A stretch of 64,000 nucleotides of DNA from Antedon mediterranea (Eukaryota; Animalia; Echinodermata): positions 1 through 64,000 of the forward strand of contig NC_092672.1 in assembly GCF_964355755.1 (NCBI RefSeq). The letters are read 5' to 3'. The notes under the pieces were generated by a model, which was given only the letters and a program-made list of their open reading frames with translations, was not told the origin of the DNA and searched no databases. Below are positions 1 to 13,589 of this stretch, one piece after another; positions within the stretch are counted from its first letter, which is position 1; each line of letters starts with the position of its first letter. The position numbers and the translations under genes were made by a program.

Positions 1-730
1 CCCTAACCCTAACCCTAACCCTAACCCTAACCCTAACCCTAACCCTAACCCTAACCCTAACCCTAACCCTAACCCTAACCCTAACCCTAACCCTAACCCT
101 AACCCTAACCCTAACCCTAACCCTAACCCTAACCCTAACCCTAACCCTAACCCTAACCCTAACCCTAACCCTAACCCTAACCCCTAACCCTAACCCTAAC
201 CCTAACCCTAACCCTAACCCTAACCCTAACCCTAACCCCTAACCCTAACCCTAACCCTAACCCCAACCCTAACCCTAACCCTAACCCTAACCCTAACCCT
301 AACCCTAACCCTAACCCTAACCCTAACCCTAACCCTAACCCTAACCCTAACCCTAACCCTAACCCTAACCCTAACCCTAACCCTAACCCTAACCCTAACC
401 CTAACCCTAACCCTAACCCTAACCCTAACCCTAACCCTAACCCTAACCCTAACCCTAACCCTAACCCCTAACCCTAACCCTAACCCTAACCCTAACCCTA
501 ACCCTAACCCTAACCCTAACCCTAACCCTAACCCTAACCCTAACCCTAACCCTAACCCTAACCCTAACCCCTAACCCTAACCCTAACCCTAACCCTAACC
601 CTAACCCCCTAACCCTAACCCCCTAACCCTAACCCTAACCCTAACCCTAACCCTAACCCTAACCCTAACCCTAACCCTAACCCTAACCCTAACCCTAACC
701 CCTAACCCTAACCCCTAACCCCTAACCCTA
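1..730. repeat. Telomere, (CCCTAA)n, left chromosome end
   Basis: About 120 CCCTAA units from base 1; CCCCTAA variants become more frequent near the proximal end. Confidence 0.99.
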
Positions 731-1297
731 AGACAGACAAACAGACAGTCTAGATAGTTCAGACAGACAGTCTAGACAGACAGTCTATACAGTTCAGACA
801 GACAGTCTAGACAGACAGACAGTCTAGACAGTTCAGACAGAAAGACAGTCTAGACAGTTCAGACAGACAGATAGTCTAGACAGACAGACAGTCTAGATAG
901 TTCGACCGACAGACAGTCTAGACAGTTTAGACTGACAGACAGTCTAGACAGTCTAGACAGTTCAGACAGACAGATAGTCTAGACAGACAGACAGTCTAAA
1001 TAGTTCAAACAGACCGACAGTCTAGACAGACAGTCTAGACAGTCTAGACAGTTCAGACAGATAGTCTAGACAGACAGACAGTCTAGATAGTTCAAACAGA
1101 CCGACAGTCTAGACAGACAGTCTAGACAGTTTAGACCGACAGACAGTCTAGACAGTCTAGACAGTTCAGACAGACAGATAGTCTAGACAGACAGACAGTC
1201 TAGATAGTTCAAACAGACCGACAGTCTAGACAGACAGTCTAGACAGTTTAGACCGACAGACAGTCTAGACAGTCTAGACAGTTCAGACAGACAGACA
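731..1297. repeat. Subtelomeric (AGAC)n/GTCTAGAC compound satellite, copy 1
   Basis: Mosaic of AGAC, AGTCTAGAC and AGTTCAGAC units directly abutting the telomere. Confidence 0.93.
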
Positions 1298-1777
1298 TAT
1301 ATTTCATACACCAAAGAAAAATTACAAGTTTATGCAAACAATATTTAATTAAAAATGTAAGATTAGCAATAAAATCGTAATTTGACTTGTATTGTGATTA
1401 TCTTGTCCAATCACCAAATAATTGAATCATATTTACAAAAGTCAATATATTTACAACATTTTTATACAATGCAATGCATATGGAAACTATTAATAAAGGA
1501 ATAACACTATAAAATAAACCATATCGTTGGTATTCTTTCAATACTTTGTATCTTGACAGAAAATGATCTTACAGGAAGAAATTTAGAATTTTATATGTAA
1601 TGAAATGAAACACTAATAGTAAAAAGATCAAATTAATTATTTTTAATTTGTTCACTTACTGTAACTATTAATTATTATTATTTATTTTGTTATCTGTATA
1701 ATTAGGGAGATCACTTATGGACGAGATCCCAACTGGAAAATGTACCGATGCACAGATGATATGATCACTCATCCTCG

Positions 1778-2295
1778 TCAGATGGCAGTACAATTAGACA
1801 GAGTTCATTTATACATTAGATGGCACACCACATTTCATTAGATGGCAGTACTGAATAGACAGAGTTCATTTATACAATGGCACACCACGTTTCATCAGAT
1901 GGCAGTACTATTAGACAGAGTTCATTTATACATTAGATGGCACACCACATTTCATTAGATGGCAGTACTGAATAGACAGAGTTCATTTATACAATGGCAC
2001 ACCACGTTTCATCAGATGGCAGTACTATTAGACAGAGTTCATTTATACAAAGGCACACCACATTTCATCAGATGGCAGTACTGTTAAACAGAGTTCATTT
2101 ATACAATGACACACCACATTTCATCAGATGGCAGTACTGTTAGACAGACTAGTTCATTTATACATTAGATGGCACACCACGTTTCATCAGATGGCAGTAC
2201 TGTTAGACAGGGTTCATTTATACAATGGCACACCACATTTCATCAGATGACAGTACTGTTAGACAGAGTTCATTTAAACATTAGATAGCACACCA
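1778..2295. repeat. 56-60 bp minisatellite (AGATGGCAGTACT...CACACCACATTTCATC); second array at 4448-4845
   Basis: About 9 units here and about 7 in the duplicate. Confidence 0.92.
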
Positions 2296-2493
2296 AATGA
2301 CTGGATGACTTGGTTTGCTCTTATGACAATTGAAGCCTTTATAGATGAAATTAGAAAATGACATTGATGACATCATCAATTTGAGTCATCAGAAAATGCT
2401 TTCAGGCATGTTTTGTTTATTAAATATATAAGATAAAATATGCCTACCTGCCTATTTTTTTTGGAATTGTATTCAATACCATGTATGTTGGTA

Positions 2494-2736
2494 TAATAAT
2501 ACGTCTAGATGTCACTATAATAATACGTCTAGACGTCACTACAATAATACGTCTAGACGTCACTACAATAATACGTCTAGACGTCACTACAATAATACGT
2601 CTAGACGTCACTACAATAATACGTCTAGACGTCACTACAATAATACGTCTAGACGTCACTACAATAATACGTCTAGACGTCACTACAATAATACGTCTAG
2701 ACATCACATAATACGTCTAGACGTCACTATAATAAT
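2494..2736. repeat. 24-bp satellite with palindromic core ACGTCTAGACGT; second array at 5044-5290
   Basis: Unit AATAATACGTCTAGACGTCACTAC. Confidence 0.95.
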
Positions 2737-3290
2737 AAGTTCCGAATATTGATGAGTAGTTCCGAGTAGTTCCGAGTAGTTCCGAGTAGTTCCGAATATT
2801 GACGAGTAGTTCCAAATATTGACGAGTAGTTCCGAATATTGACGAGTAGTTCCGAATATTGACTAGTAGTTCCGAATATTGACGAGTAGTTCCGAATATT
2901 GACGAGTAGTTCCGAGGAGTTCCGAGCAGGTCCGAGCAGGTCCGAGCAGTTCCGAGCAGTTCCGAGCAGTTCCGAGAAGTTACGAGAAGTTACGAGAAGT
3001 TACGAGAAGTTACGAGTAGTTCCGAGTAGTTCCGAGTAGTGACCTAGTAGTTTCGTGTAGTTCCGAGTAGGTCCGAATATTGACGAGTAGTTCCGAGTAG
3101 TTCCGAGTTGTTCCGAGTTGTTCCGAGTTGTTCCGAGTAGTATCAATTAGTTCCGAGTAGTTCCGAGAGATTCCAATTAGGTCCGAGTAGTTCCGAATAT
3201 TGACGAGTAGTTCCGAGTAGTTCCGAGTAGTTCCGAGTAGTTCCGAGTAGTTCCGAGTAGTTCCGAGTAGTTCCGAGTAGTTCCGAGTAG
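2737..3290. repeat. 10-bp GAGTAGTTCC satellite with 21-bp variant
   Basis: Direct reading of tandem units. Confidence 0.93.
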
Positions 3291-3967
3291 ACAGACAGTC
3301 TAGACAGACAGACAGACAGTCTAGACAGACAGACAGACAGTCTAGACAGACAGACAGACAGTCTAGACAGACAGGCAGACAGTCTAGACAGACAGGCAAT
3401 AGACTGTTCAGACAGACAGACAATAGACAGACAGACAGTCTAGACAGACAGGCAGACAGTTCAGACAGACAGACAGTCTAGACAGACAGACAGACAGACA
3501 GTCTAAACAAACAGACAGTCTAGACAGTTGAGACAGACAGTCTAGACAGACAGTCTAGACAGACAGTCTATACAGTTCAGACAGACAGTCTAGACAGACA
3601 GACAGTCTAGGCAGTTCAGACAGAAAGACAGTCTAGACAGTTCAGACAGACAGATAGTCTAGACAGACAGACAGTCTAGATAGTTCGACCGACAGACAGT
3701 CTAGACAGTTTAGACCGACAGACAGTCTAGACAGTCTAGACAGTTCAGACAGACAGATAGTCTAGACAGACAGACAGTCTAGATAGTTCAAACAGACCGA
3801 CAGTCTAGACAGACAGTCTAGACAGTCTAGACAGTTCAGACAGACAGATAGTCTAGACAGACAGACAGTCTAGATAGTTCAAACAGACCGACAGTCTAGA
3901 CAGACAGTCTAGACAGTTTAGACCGACAGACAGTCTAGACAGTCTAGACAGTTCAGACAGACAGACA
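3291..3967. repeat. (AGAC)n/GTCTAGAC satellite, copy 2 (longer)
   Basis: Same unit order as 731-1297 plus about 200 extra bp at its left end. Confidence 0.93.
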
Positions 3968-5290
3968 TATATTTCATACACCAAAGAAAAATTACAAGTT
4001 TATGCAAACAATATTTAATTAAAAATGTAAGATTAGCAATAAAATCGTAATTTGACTTGTATTGTGATTATCTTGTCCAATCACCAAATAATTGAATCAT
4101 ATTTACAAAAGTCAATATATTTACAACATTTTTATACAATACAATGCATATGGAAACTATTAATAAAGGAATAACACTATAAAATAAACCATATCGTTGG
4201 TATTCTTTCAATACTTTGTATCTTGACAGAAAATGATCTTACAGGAAGAAATTTAGAATTGTATATGTAATGAAATGAAACACTAATAGTAAAAAGATCA
4301 AATTAATTATTTTTAATTTGTTCACTTACTGTAACTATTAATTATTATTATTTATTTTGTTATCTGTATAATTAGAGAGATCAATTATGGACGAGATCCC
4401 AACTGGAAAATGTACCGATGCACAGATGATATGATCACTCATCCTCGTCAGATGGCAGTACTATTAGACAGAGTTCATTTATACATTAGATGGCACACCA
4501 CATTTCATTAGATGGCAGTACTGAATAGACAGAGTTCATTTATACAATGGCACACCACGTTACATCAGATGGCAGTACTATTAGACAGAGTTCATTTATA
4601 CAAAGGCACACCACATTTCATCAGATGGCAGTACTGTTAAACAGAGTTCATTTATACAATGACACACCACATTTCATCAGATGGCAGTACTGTTAGACAG
4701 AGTTCATTTATACATTAGATGGCACACCACGTTTCATCAGATGGCAGTACTGTTAGACAGGGTTCATTTATACAATGGCACACCACATTTCATCAGATGA
4801 CAGTACTGTTAGACAGAGTTCATTTAAACATTAGATAGCACACCAAATGACTGGATGACTTGGTTTGCTCTTATGACAATTGAAGCCTTTATAGATGAAA
4901 TTAGAAAATGACATTGATGACATCATCAATTTGAGTCATCAGAAAATGCTTTCAGGCATGTTTTGTTTATTAAATATATAAGATAAAATATGCCTACCTG
5001 CCTATTTTTTTTGGAATTGTATTCAATACCATGTATGTTGGTATAATAATACGTCTAGATGTCACTACAATAATACGTCTAGACGTCACTACAATAATAC
5101 GTCTAGACGTCACTACAATAATACGTCTAGACGTCACTACAATAATACGTCTAGACGTCACTACAATAATACGTCTAGACGTCACTACAATAATACGTCT
5201 AGACGTCACTACAATAATACGTCTAGACGTCACTACAATAATACGTCTAGACATCACTACAATAATACGTCTAGACGTCACTATAATAAT

Positions 5291-6482
5291 AAGTTCCGAA
5301 TATTGACGAGTAGTTCCGAGTAGTTCCGAGTAGTTCCGAGTAGTTCCGAATATTGACGAGTAGTTCCAAATATTGACGAGTAGTTCCGAATATTGACGAG
5401 TAGTTCCGAATATTGACTAGTAGTTCCGAATATTGACGAGTAGTTCCGAATATTGACGAGTAGTTCTGAGCAGGTCCGAGCAGGTCCGAGCAGGTCCGAG
5501 CAGTTCCGAGCAGTTCCGAGCAGTTCCGAGCAGTTCCGAGCAGTTCCGAGAAGTTACGAGAAGTTACGAGAGGTTACGAGAAGTTACGAGAAGTTAAGAG
5601 TAGTTACCAGTAGTTCCGAGTAGTGACCTAGTAGTTTCGTGTAGTTCCCAGTAGTTCCGAGTAGGTCCGAATATTGACGAGTAGTTCCGAGTAGTTCCGA
5701 GTTGTTCCGAGTTGTTCCGAGTTGTTCCGAGTTGTTCCGAGTAGTATCAATTAGTTCCGAGTAGTTCCGAGTAGTATCAATTAGTTCCGAGTAGTTCCGA
5801 GAGATTCCAATCAGGTCCGAGTAGTTCCGAATATTGACGAGTAGTTCCGAGTAGTTCCGAGTAGTTCCGAGTAGTTCCGAGTAGTTCCGAGTAGTTCCGA
5901 GTAGTTCCGAGTAGTTCCGAGTAGTTCCGAGTAGTTCCGAATATTGCCGAATATTGACGAGTAGTTCCGAGTAGTTCCGAGTAGTTCCGAGTTGTTCCGA
6001 GTAGTTGTTCCGAGTAGTTGTTCCGAGTAGTTGTTCCGAGTAGTTGTTCCGAGTAGTTGTTCCGAGTAGTTGTTCCGAGTAGTTGTTCCGAGTAGTTGTT
6101 CCGAGTAGTTGTTCCGAGTAGTTGTTCCGAGTAGTTGTTCCGAGTAGTTGTCCCGAGTAGTTGTCCCGAGTAGTTGTCCCGAGTAGTTGTCCCGAGTAGT
6201 TGTCCCGAGTAGTTGTTCCGAGTAGTTGTTCCGAGTAGTTGTTCCGAGTAGTTGTTCCGAGTAGTTGTTCCGAGTAGTTGTTCCGAGTAGTCGTTCCGAG
6301 TAGTCGTTCCGAGTAGTTCCGATTAGTAGTTCCGATTAGTAGTTCCGAGTAGTTCCGAGTAGTTCCGAGTAGTTCCGAGTAGTTCCGAGTAGTTCCGAGT
6401 AGTTCCGAGTAGTTACGAGTAGTTACGAGTAGTTACGAGTAGTTACGAGAAGTTCTGAGAAGTTCCGAGAAGTTCCGTGTAG
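5291..6482. repeat. 10-bp GAGTAGTTCC satellite with an expanded 13-bp GAGTAGTTGTTCC sub-array
   Basis: 13-mer run at about 6000-6310. Confidence 0.93.
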
Positions 6483-6514
6483 TTTTTTTGTTTGATGTTT
6501 AGTAGTAGTAGTAT

Positions 6515-7584
6515 AATAATACGTCATTAAAATAATACGTCTAGACGTCATTAAAATAATACGTCTAGACGTCATGAAAATAATACGTCTAGACGTCATG
6601 AAAATAATACGTCTAGACGTCATCAAAACAATACGCCTAGACGTCACCATAACAATTACGTCTAGACGTCACCATAACAATTACGTCTAGACGTCACCAT
6701 AACAATTACGTCTAGACGTCACCATAAAAATTACGTCTAGACGTCACCATAACAATTACGTCTAGACGTCACCATAACAATTACGTCTAGACGTCACCAT
6801 AACAATTACGTCTAGACGTCACCATAACAAATACGTCTAGACTTCACCATAACAAATACGTCTAGACGTCACCATAACAAATACGTCTAGACGTCACCAT
6901 AACAAATACGTCTAGACGTCACCATAACAAATACGTCTAGACGTCACCATAACAAATACGTCTAGACGTCACCAAAACAAATACGTCTAGACGTCACCAA
7001 AATAACACGTCTAGACGTCACCAAAATAACACGTCTAGACGTCACCAAAATAACACGTCTAGACGTCACCAAAATAACACGTCTAGACGTCACCAAAATA
7101 ACACGTCTAGACGTCACCAAAATAACACGTCTAGACGTCACCAAAATAACACGTCTAGACGTCACCAAAATAACACGTCTAGACGTCACCAAAACAACAC
7201 GTCTAGACGTCACCAAAACAACACGTCTAGACGTCACCATAACAACACGTCTAGACGTCATCAGAACAACACGTCTATACGTCATCACAACAACACGTCT
7301 ATACGTCATCACAACAACACGTCTAAACGTCATCACAACAACACGTCTAGACGTCACCACAACAACACGTCTAGACGTCACCACAACAACACGTCTAGAC
7401 GTCACCACAACAATACGTCTAGACGTCACCATAACAATACGTCTAGACGTCACCATAACCATACGTCTAGACGTCACCATAACAATACGTCTAGACGTCA
7501 CCATAACCATACGTCTAGACGTCACCATAACAATACGCCTAGACGTCACCATAACCATACGTCTAGACGTCACCATAACAATAC
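6515..7584. repeat. 24/25-bp ACGTCTAGACGT satellite
   Basis: Tandem units with progressively changing spacers. Confidence 0.95.
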
Positions 7585-7585
7585 A

Positions 7586-8255
7586 AGAAGTTCCGAGTAG
7601 TTCCGAGTAGTTTCGAGAACTTCCGAGAAGTTCCAAGTATTTCCGAGTATTTCCGAGTAGTTCCGAGTAATTCCGAGTATTTCCGATAAGTTCAGAGTAC
7701 AATCCGGGTACGATCCAGTTACGTTTCGGGTATGTTCCGGGTATATTCCAAGTATGTTTTGAGTATGTTCTGACTATTTTCTTAGTATGTTCCAAGTATG
7801 TTTCGAGTATGTTTCAAGTATCTTCCGAGTATGTTCCGGGTATGTTTCATGTATGTTTCATGTATGTTCCGAGGCTTAGTTTTTCACCCTTCTTAAAAAT
7901 TTCCGTCACCTTTGCTATTTCCACGTGTTTGAAGATTTTAATGATTTTTTTATATTGATTTTAAAATTTTTCCTGTAAATCATTGATAACTCATTGGGTG
8001 CGTCATCGACATAAAAATATATATTACTATTACGCCAAGTGTAACACGCTTTGCGTTTTTGGAAAATATTGCCATATTTTCCCTAATATTCTTATGTAAC
8101 CACTTTCAATTAAACATGCTTAAATATAATACTGTATAATAAATATTATATAATTTATAAGTAGAGCTCCACTTTAAAACAGACACGTGTGAACATTTTG
8201 CCCAGAAAGCGACTGGGTTTACTATGGCATGTTGTTATGATCAAATCAATCAATG
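7586..8255. repeat. Subtelomeric block duplicated at about 12897-13610
   Basis: Near-identical sequence from the degenerate 10/11-mers through ...GTTGTTATGATCAAATCAATCAATG. Confidence 0.93.
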
Positions 8256-9690
8256 ATCACAGAGGAGTGTGCAAACGCCCTCTACCGTATGATAAAAAGT
8301 TATGCCATTGAATTCCCAAATACCCACTTTATCATCTCACTGGGTCTACCGAGAGTAGGGGAACTAAATTACAAAATTGAGATGGTAAACGCAGAAATCA
8401 AGCACGCAATGAGACTTGACAATATACACAACTTGTCATTCTGTGACAACAGCAATTTTCTTAGAAATGGTAACATTATCTACAATTTATTGGCCCAAGA
8501 CGGATATCACCTATCTCAAAATGGAACAAGTCTACTTGCTAGCAACATTCGATGCAAAGTCCAGTTAACCCTCAAGTTACAACGCCCGAGTACATCGTAC
8601 AAGAGACAGAAGTTAAAACCGAAATAACCAAAGTAACATGGAAAAGTCTACTCAAGCAAACCCTGAAAGCGCAACAAGTATAAACAATGACAATCTATCA
8701 AATCAAACTGATCCTATTACTCTATGTAACAACTTTGACGAACAGGATGAACTAACTGATCATAGTCTTAGCAATAAAATATGTACGATAGAGACATGCT
8801 CGTATATGAGCACAGACCAGTTAAATGACTCGGTTAATAAAATAAATAATATCAGCTACTCATTTTTACACTATAATATCAGAAGTATTAACAAACACTT
8901 AGATGAATTAATTACTTGTTTAAACGGCATTAAACACCCATTCACTGTAATTGGCTTATCAGAAACATGGCTTAAAGAAACATCACCTAGACCATACTTA
9001 CCAAACTACGATTTCCATGCTCTAGACAGGGAAAATCGAAAAGGAGGTGGTGTTGGCTTGTTTATTTCAAATACTATAGAGGTCAAAAAAAGAACCGATT
9101 TGAAAATTAATTTCTGTGAATGTCTGTTTATTGAGATAATTGAAAAAAAGTGTAAAAATGCAATTGTTGGTACTGTCTACAGACCACCAGACATGAAAAT
9201 AGATGTTTTTAATGATTCACTTGAAGATGAAACAAAAATACGTATAAAGAATTTAAAAAAGCTTTTGCACGCACGTGCAAAATCGCCAAAAAGATGTATT
9301 ATGAAAATCTTTTCAATCGAACAAATGGTAATATTAAAAAAACATGGAATGTTATAAATTATGTAATTGATCCGAATAAAGGAAAAACTAAAGTTCCATC
9401 TTCTTTTACACATAGCAATGAAACTATACATGGTTGCGAAAATGTTGTAAATCATATTAATGATTATTTTATTAATGTAGGTTGTAAGGTTCGAGACAAT
9501 ATTGAGTCTACTACGACAAAATATTCTGAATACCTCACAAACAAACAACGCAACTCAATGTTTTTTTGCTATGTTGATGAGGAGGAGGTACTAAAAGTTA
9601 TTGAATCTCTCGATTCAAACAAAGCCTCCGGATTTGATGACATTTCAGCTAAAGTTGTAAAGGAAGTAAAATACAATATTTTAAAGCCAC
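8253..9690 (+). mobile_element. Internal fragment of a CR1-group LINE: ORF1 SGNH-esterase C-terminus plus ORF2 APE endonuclease and linker, internally deleted
   Basis: 8253-8627 has SLGLPR...CDNSNF...DGYHLS.NG (SGNH-type DGxH). From 8638: HYNIRS, GLSETW, GGGVGLFI, VYRPP; the GDFN half of APE is missing. 9294-9690 has KKTWNVIN...NKASGFDDIS. Confidence 0.85.
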
Positions 9691-12600
9691 AACAGCACGT
9701 CTAGACGTCACCACAACAACTCGTCTAGACGTCACCAAAACAACTCGTCTAGACGTCACCAAAACAACTCGTCTAGACGTCACCAAAACAACTCGTCTAG
9801 ACGTCACCAAAACAACTCGTCTAGACGTCACCAAAACAACTCGTCTAGACGTCACCAAAACAACTCGTCTAGACGTCTAGACGAGTTTACCACCGCAACA
9901 CGTCTAGACGTCACCACCACAACACGTCTAGACGTCACCACCACAACACGTCTAGACGTCACCACCACAACACGTCTAGACGTCACCATCACAAATACGT
10001 CTAGACGTCACCATCACAAATACGTCTAGACGTCACATCAACAAATACGTCTAGACGTCACATCAACAAATACGTCTAGACGTCACCTCAACAAATACGT
10101 CTAGACGTCACCTCAATAATACGTCTAGACGTCACCTCAATAATACGTCTAGACGTCACCTCAATAATACGTCTAGACGTCACCTCAATAATACGTCTAG
10201 ACGTCACCTCAATAATACGTCTAGACGTCACTTCAATAATACGTCTAGACGTCACTTCAATAATACGTCTAGACGTCACTTCAATAATACGTCTAGACGT
10301 CACTTCAATAATACGTCTAGACGTCACTTCAATAATACGTCTAGACGTCACTTCAATAATACGTCTAGACGTCACTTCAATAATACGTCTAGACGTCACC
10401 TCAATAATACGTCTAGACGTCACCTCAATAATACGTCTAGACGTCACCTCAATAATACGTCTAGACGTCACCTCAATAATACGTCTAGACGTCACCTCAA
10501 TAATACGTCTAGACGTCACCTCAATAATACGTCTAGACGTCACCTCAATAATACGTCTAGACGTCACCTCAATAATACGTCTAGACGTCACTTCAATAAT
10601 ACGTCTAGACGTCACTTCAATAATACGTCTAGACGTCACTTCAATAATACGTCTAGACGTCCCTATAATATTACGTCTAGACGTCCCTATAATATTACGT
10701 CTAGACGCCACTACAATAATACGTCTAGACGCCACTACAATAATACGTCTAGACGCCACTACAATAATACGTCTAGACGTCACTACAATAATACGTCTAG
10801 ACGTCACTAAAATAATACGTCTAGACGTCACTACAATAATACGTCTAGACGTCACTACAATAATACGTCTAGACGTCACTACAATAATACGTCTAGACGT
10901 CACTACAATAATACGTCTAGACGTCACTACAATAATACGTCTAGACGTCACTACAATAATACGTCTAGACGTCACTACAATAATACGTCTAGACGTCACT
11001 ACAATAATACGTCTGGACGTCACCACAATAATTACGTCTAGAGGTCACCACAATAATACGTCTAGATATCACTACAATAATTACGTCTAGACGTCAACAC
11101 AATAATACGTCTAGACATCACCACAATAATTATGTCTAGACGTCACCACAATAATTATGTCTAGATATCACTACAATAATACGTCTAGACGTCAACACAA
11201 TAATACGTCTAGACGTCACTTCAATAATACGTCTAGACGTCACTTCAATAATACGTCTAGACGTCACTTCAATAATACGTCTAGACGTCACTTCAATAAT
11301 ACGTCTAGACGTCCCTATAATAATATGTCTAGACGTCCCTATAATATTACGTCTAGACGCCACTATAATAATACGTCTAGACGCCACTACAATAATACGT
11401 CTAGACGCCACTACAATAATACGTCTAGACGCCACTACAATAATACGTCTAGACGCCACTACAATAATACGTCTAGACGTCACTAAAATAATACGTCTAG
11501 ACGTCACTACAATAATACGTCTAGACGTCACTACAATAATACGTCTAGACGTCACCACAATAATTAGGTCTAGACGTCACCACAATAATTATGTCTAGAC
11601 ATCACTACAATAATACGTCTAGATATCACTACAATAATACGTCTAGACGTCAACACAATAATACGTCTAGACGTCACCACAATAATTACGTCTAGACGTC
11701 ACCATAATAATTACGTTTAGACGTTACCATAATAATTACGTTTAGACGTCTAGACGTCACCATAATAATTACGTCTAGACGTCACCATAATAATTACGTC
11801 TAGACGTCACCATAATAATTACGTCTAGACGTCACCATAATAATTACGTCTAGACGTCACCATAATAATTACGTCTAGACGTCACCATAATAATTACGTC
11901 TAGACGTCACCATAATAATTACGTCTAGACGTCACCATAATAATACGTCTAGACGTCACCATAACAATATATGTCTAGACGTCATCATAACAATATACGT
12001 CTAGACGTCACCATAATAATATACGTCTAGACGTCACCATAATAATATACGTCTAGACGTCACCATAATAATATACGTCTAGACGTCACCATAATAATAT
12101 ACACCACAATAATACGTCTAGACGTCACTACAATAATACATCTAGACGTCACTACAATAATACGTCTAGACGTCACTACAATAATAAGTCTAGACGTCAC
12201 CATAATAATATACGTCTAGACGTCACCATAATAATAATACGTCTAGACGTCACCATAATAATACGTCTAGACGTCACCATAATAATACGTCTAGACGTCA
12301 CTACAATAATACATCTAGACGTCACTACAATAATACGTCTAGACGTCACCATAATAATATACGTCTAGACGTCACCATAATAATACGTCGAGACGTCACC
12401 ATAATAATACGTCCAGACGTCACCATAATAATACGTCCAGACGTCACCATAATAATACGTCCAGACGTCACCACAATAATACGTCCAGACGTCACCACAA
12501 TAATACGTCCAGACGTCACTACAATAATACGTCCAGACGTCACTACAATAATACGTCCAGACGTCACTACAATAATACGTCCAGACGTCACTACAATAAT

Positions 12601-12697
12601 ACGTCCAGACGTCACTATAATAATACGTCCAGACGTCACTACAATAATACGTCCAGACGTCACTACAATAATACGTCTAGACGTCACTACAATAATA
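9690..12697. repeat. Large 24/25-bp ACGTCTAGACGT satellite array (about 3 kb)
   Basis: About 120 units arranged in homogeneous variant sub-blocks. Confidence 0.96.
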
Positions 12698-13190
12698 AGT
12701 TCCGAATATTGACGAGTAGTTCCGAGTAGTTCTGAATATTGACGAGTAGTTCCAAATATTGACAAGTAGTTCCGAATATTGACGAATAGTTCCGAATATT
12801 AACGAGGAGTTCCGAGGAGTTCCGAGTAGTTCCGAGTAGTTCCGAGAAGTTTCCGAGAAGTTTCCGAGTTGTGACGACTAGTTCCAAGTAGTTCCGAGAA
12901 GTTCCGAGTAGTTCCGGGTAGTTTCGAGAACTTCCGAGAAGTTCCAAGTATTTCCGAGTATTTCCGAGTAGTTCTGAGTAGTTCCGAGTAGTTCCGAGTA
13001 TTTCCGATAAGTTCAGAGTACGATCCGGGTACGATCCAGTTACGTTTCGGATATGTTCCGGGTATATTCCAAGTATGTTTTGAGTATGTTCTGACTATTT
13101 TCTTAGTATGTTCCAAGTATGTTTCGAGTATGTTTCAAGTATCTTCCGGGTATGTTCCGGGTATGTTCCATGTATGTTTCATGTATGTTC
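12698..13190. repeat. 10/11/21-bp GAGTAGTTCC-family degenerate satellite
   Basis: Same family as 2737-3290. Confidence 0.88.
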
Positions 13191-13561
13191 CGAGGCTTAG
13201 TTTTTTCACCCTTCTTAAAAATATCCGTCACCTTTGCTATTTCCACGTGTTTGAAGATTTTAATGATTTTTTATATTGATTTTAAAATTGTTCCTGTAAA
13301 TCATTGATAACTCATTGGGTGCGTCATCGACATAAAAATATATATTACTATTACGCCAAGTGTAACACGCTTTGCGTTTTTGGAAAATATTGCCATATTT
13401 TCCCTAATATTCTTATGTAACCACTTTCAATTAAACATGCTTAAATATAATACTGTATAATAAATATTATATAATTTATAAGTAGAGCTCCACTTTAAAA
13501 CAGACACGTTTGAACATTTTGCCCAGAAAGCGACTGGGTTACTATGGCATGTTGTTATGAT

Positions 13562-13589
13562 CAGGGAAGAGTTAATTAACTCTTCCCTG
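13562..13589. mobile_element. 28-bp perfect palindrome insertion with target duplication (minimal MITE or transposon remnant)
   Basis: CAGGGAAGAGTTAATTAACTCTTCCCTG flanked by TTATGAT; the empty site is at about 8235-8241. Confidence 0.65.

Larger units (their letters stand above)
731..5900. repeat. Tandem segmental duplication of a ~2.6 kb subtelomeric module
   Basis: Unique AT-rich sequence from 1298 recurs from 3968 (offset 2670, falling to 2550 after loss of about two minisatellite units). Internal order is the same: AGAC block, unique DNA, ~58-mer, unique DNA, 24-mer, 10-mer. Confidence 0.95.

Noticed and set aside
6515-12697. Palindromic repeat plus spacer pattern resembling a CRISPR array
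   Set aside because: Spacers are 12-13 nt and related to each other, there are no cas genes, and the context is a eukaryotic telomere.
2444-13116. Long ORFs of VTSRRII / IIRLDVTT / TTRNYSELL repeats
   Set aside because: They are translations of 24-bp and 10-bp satellites that lack stops by chance; frames break where units are 25 bp.
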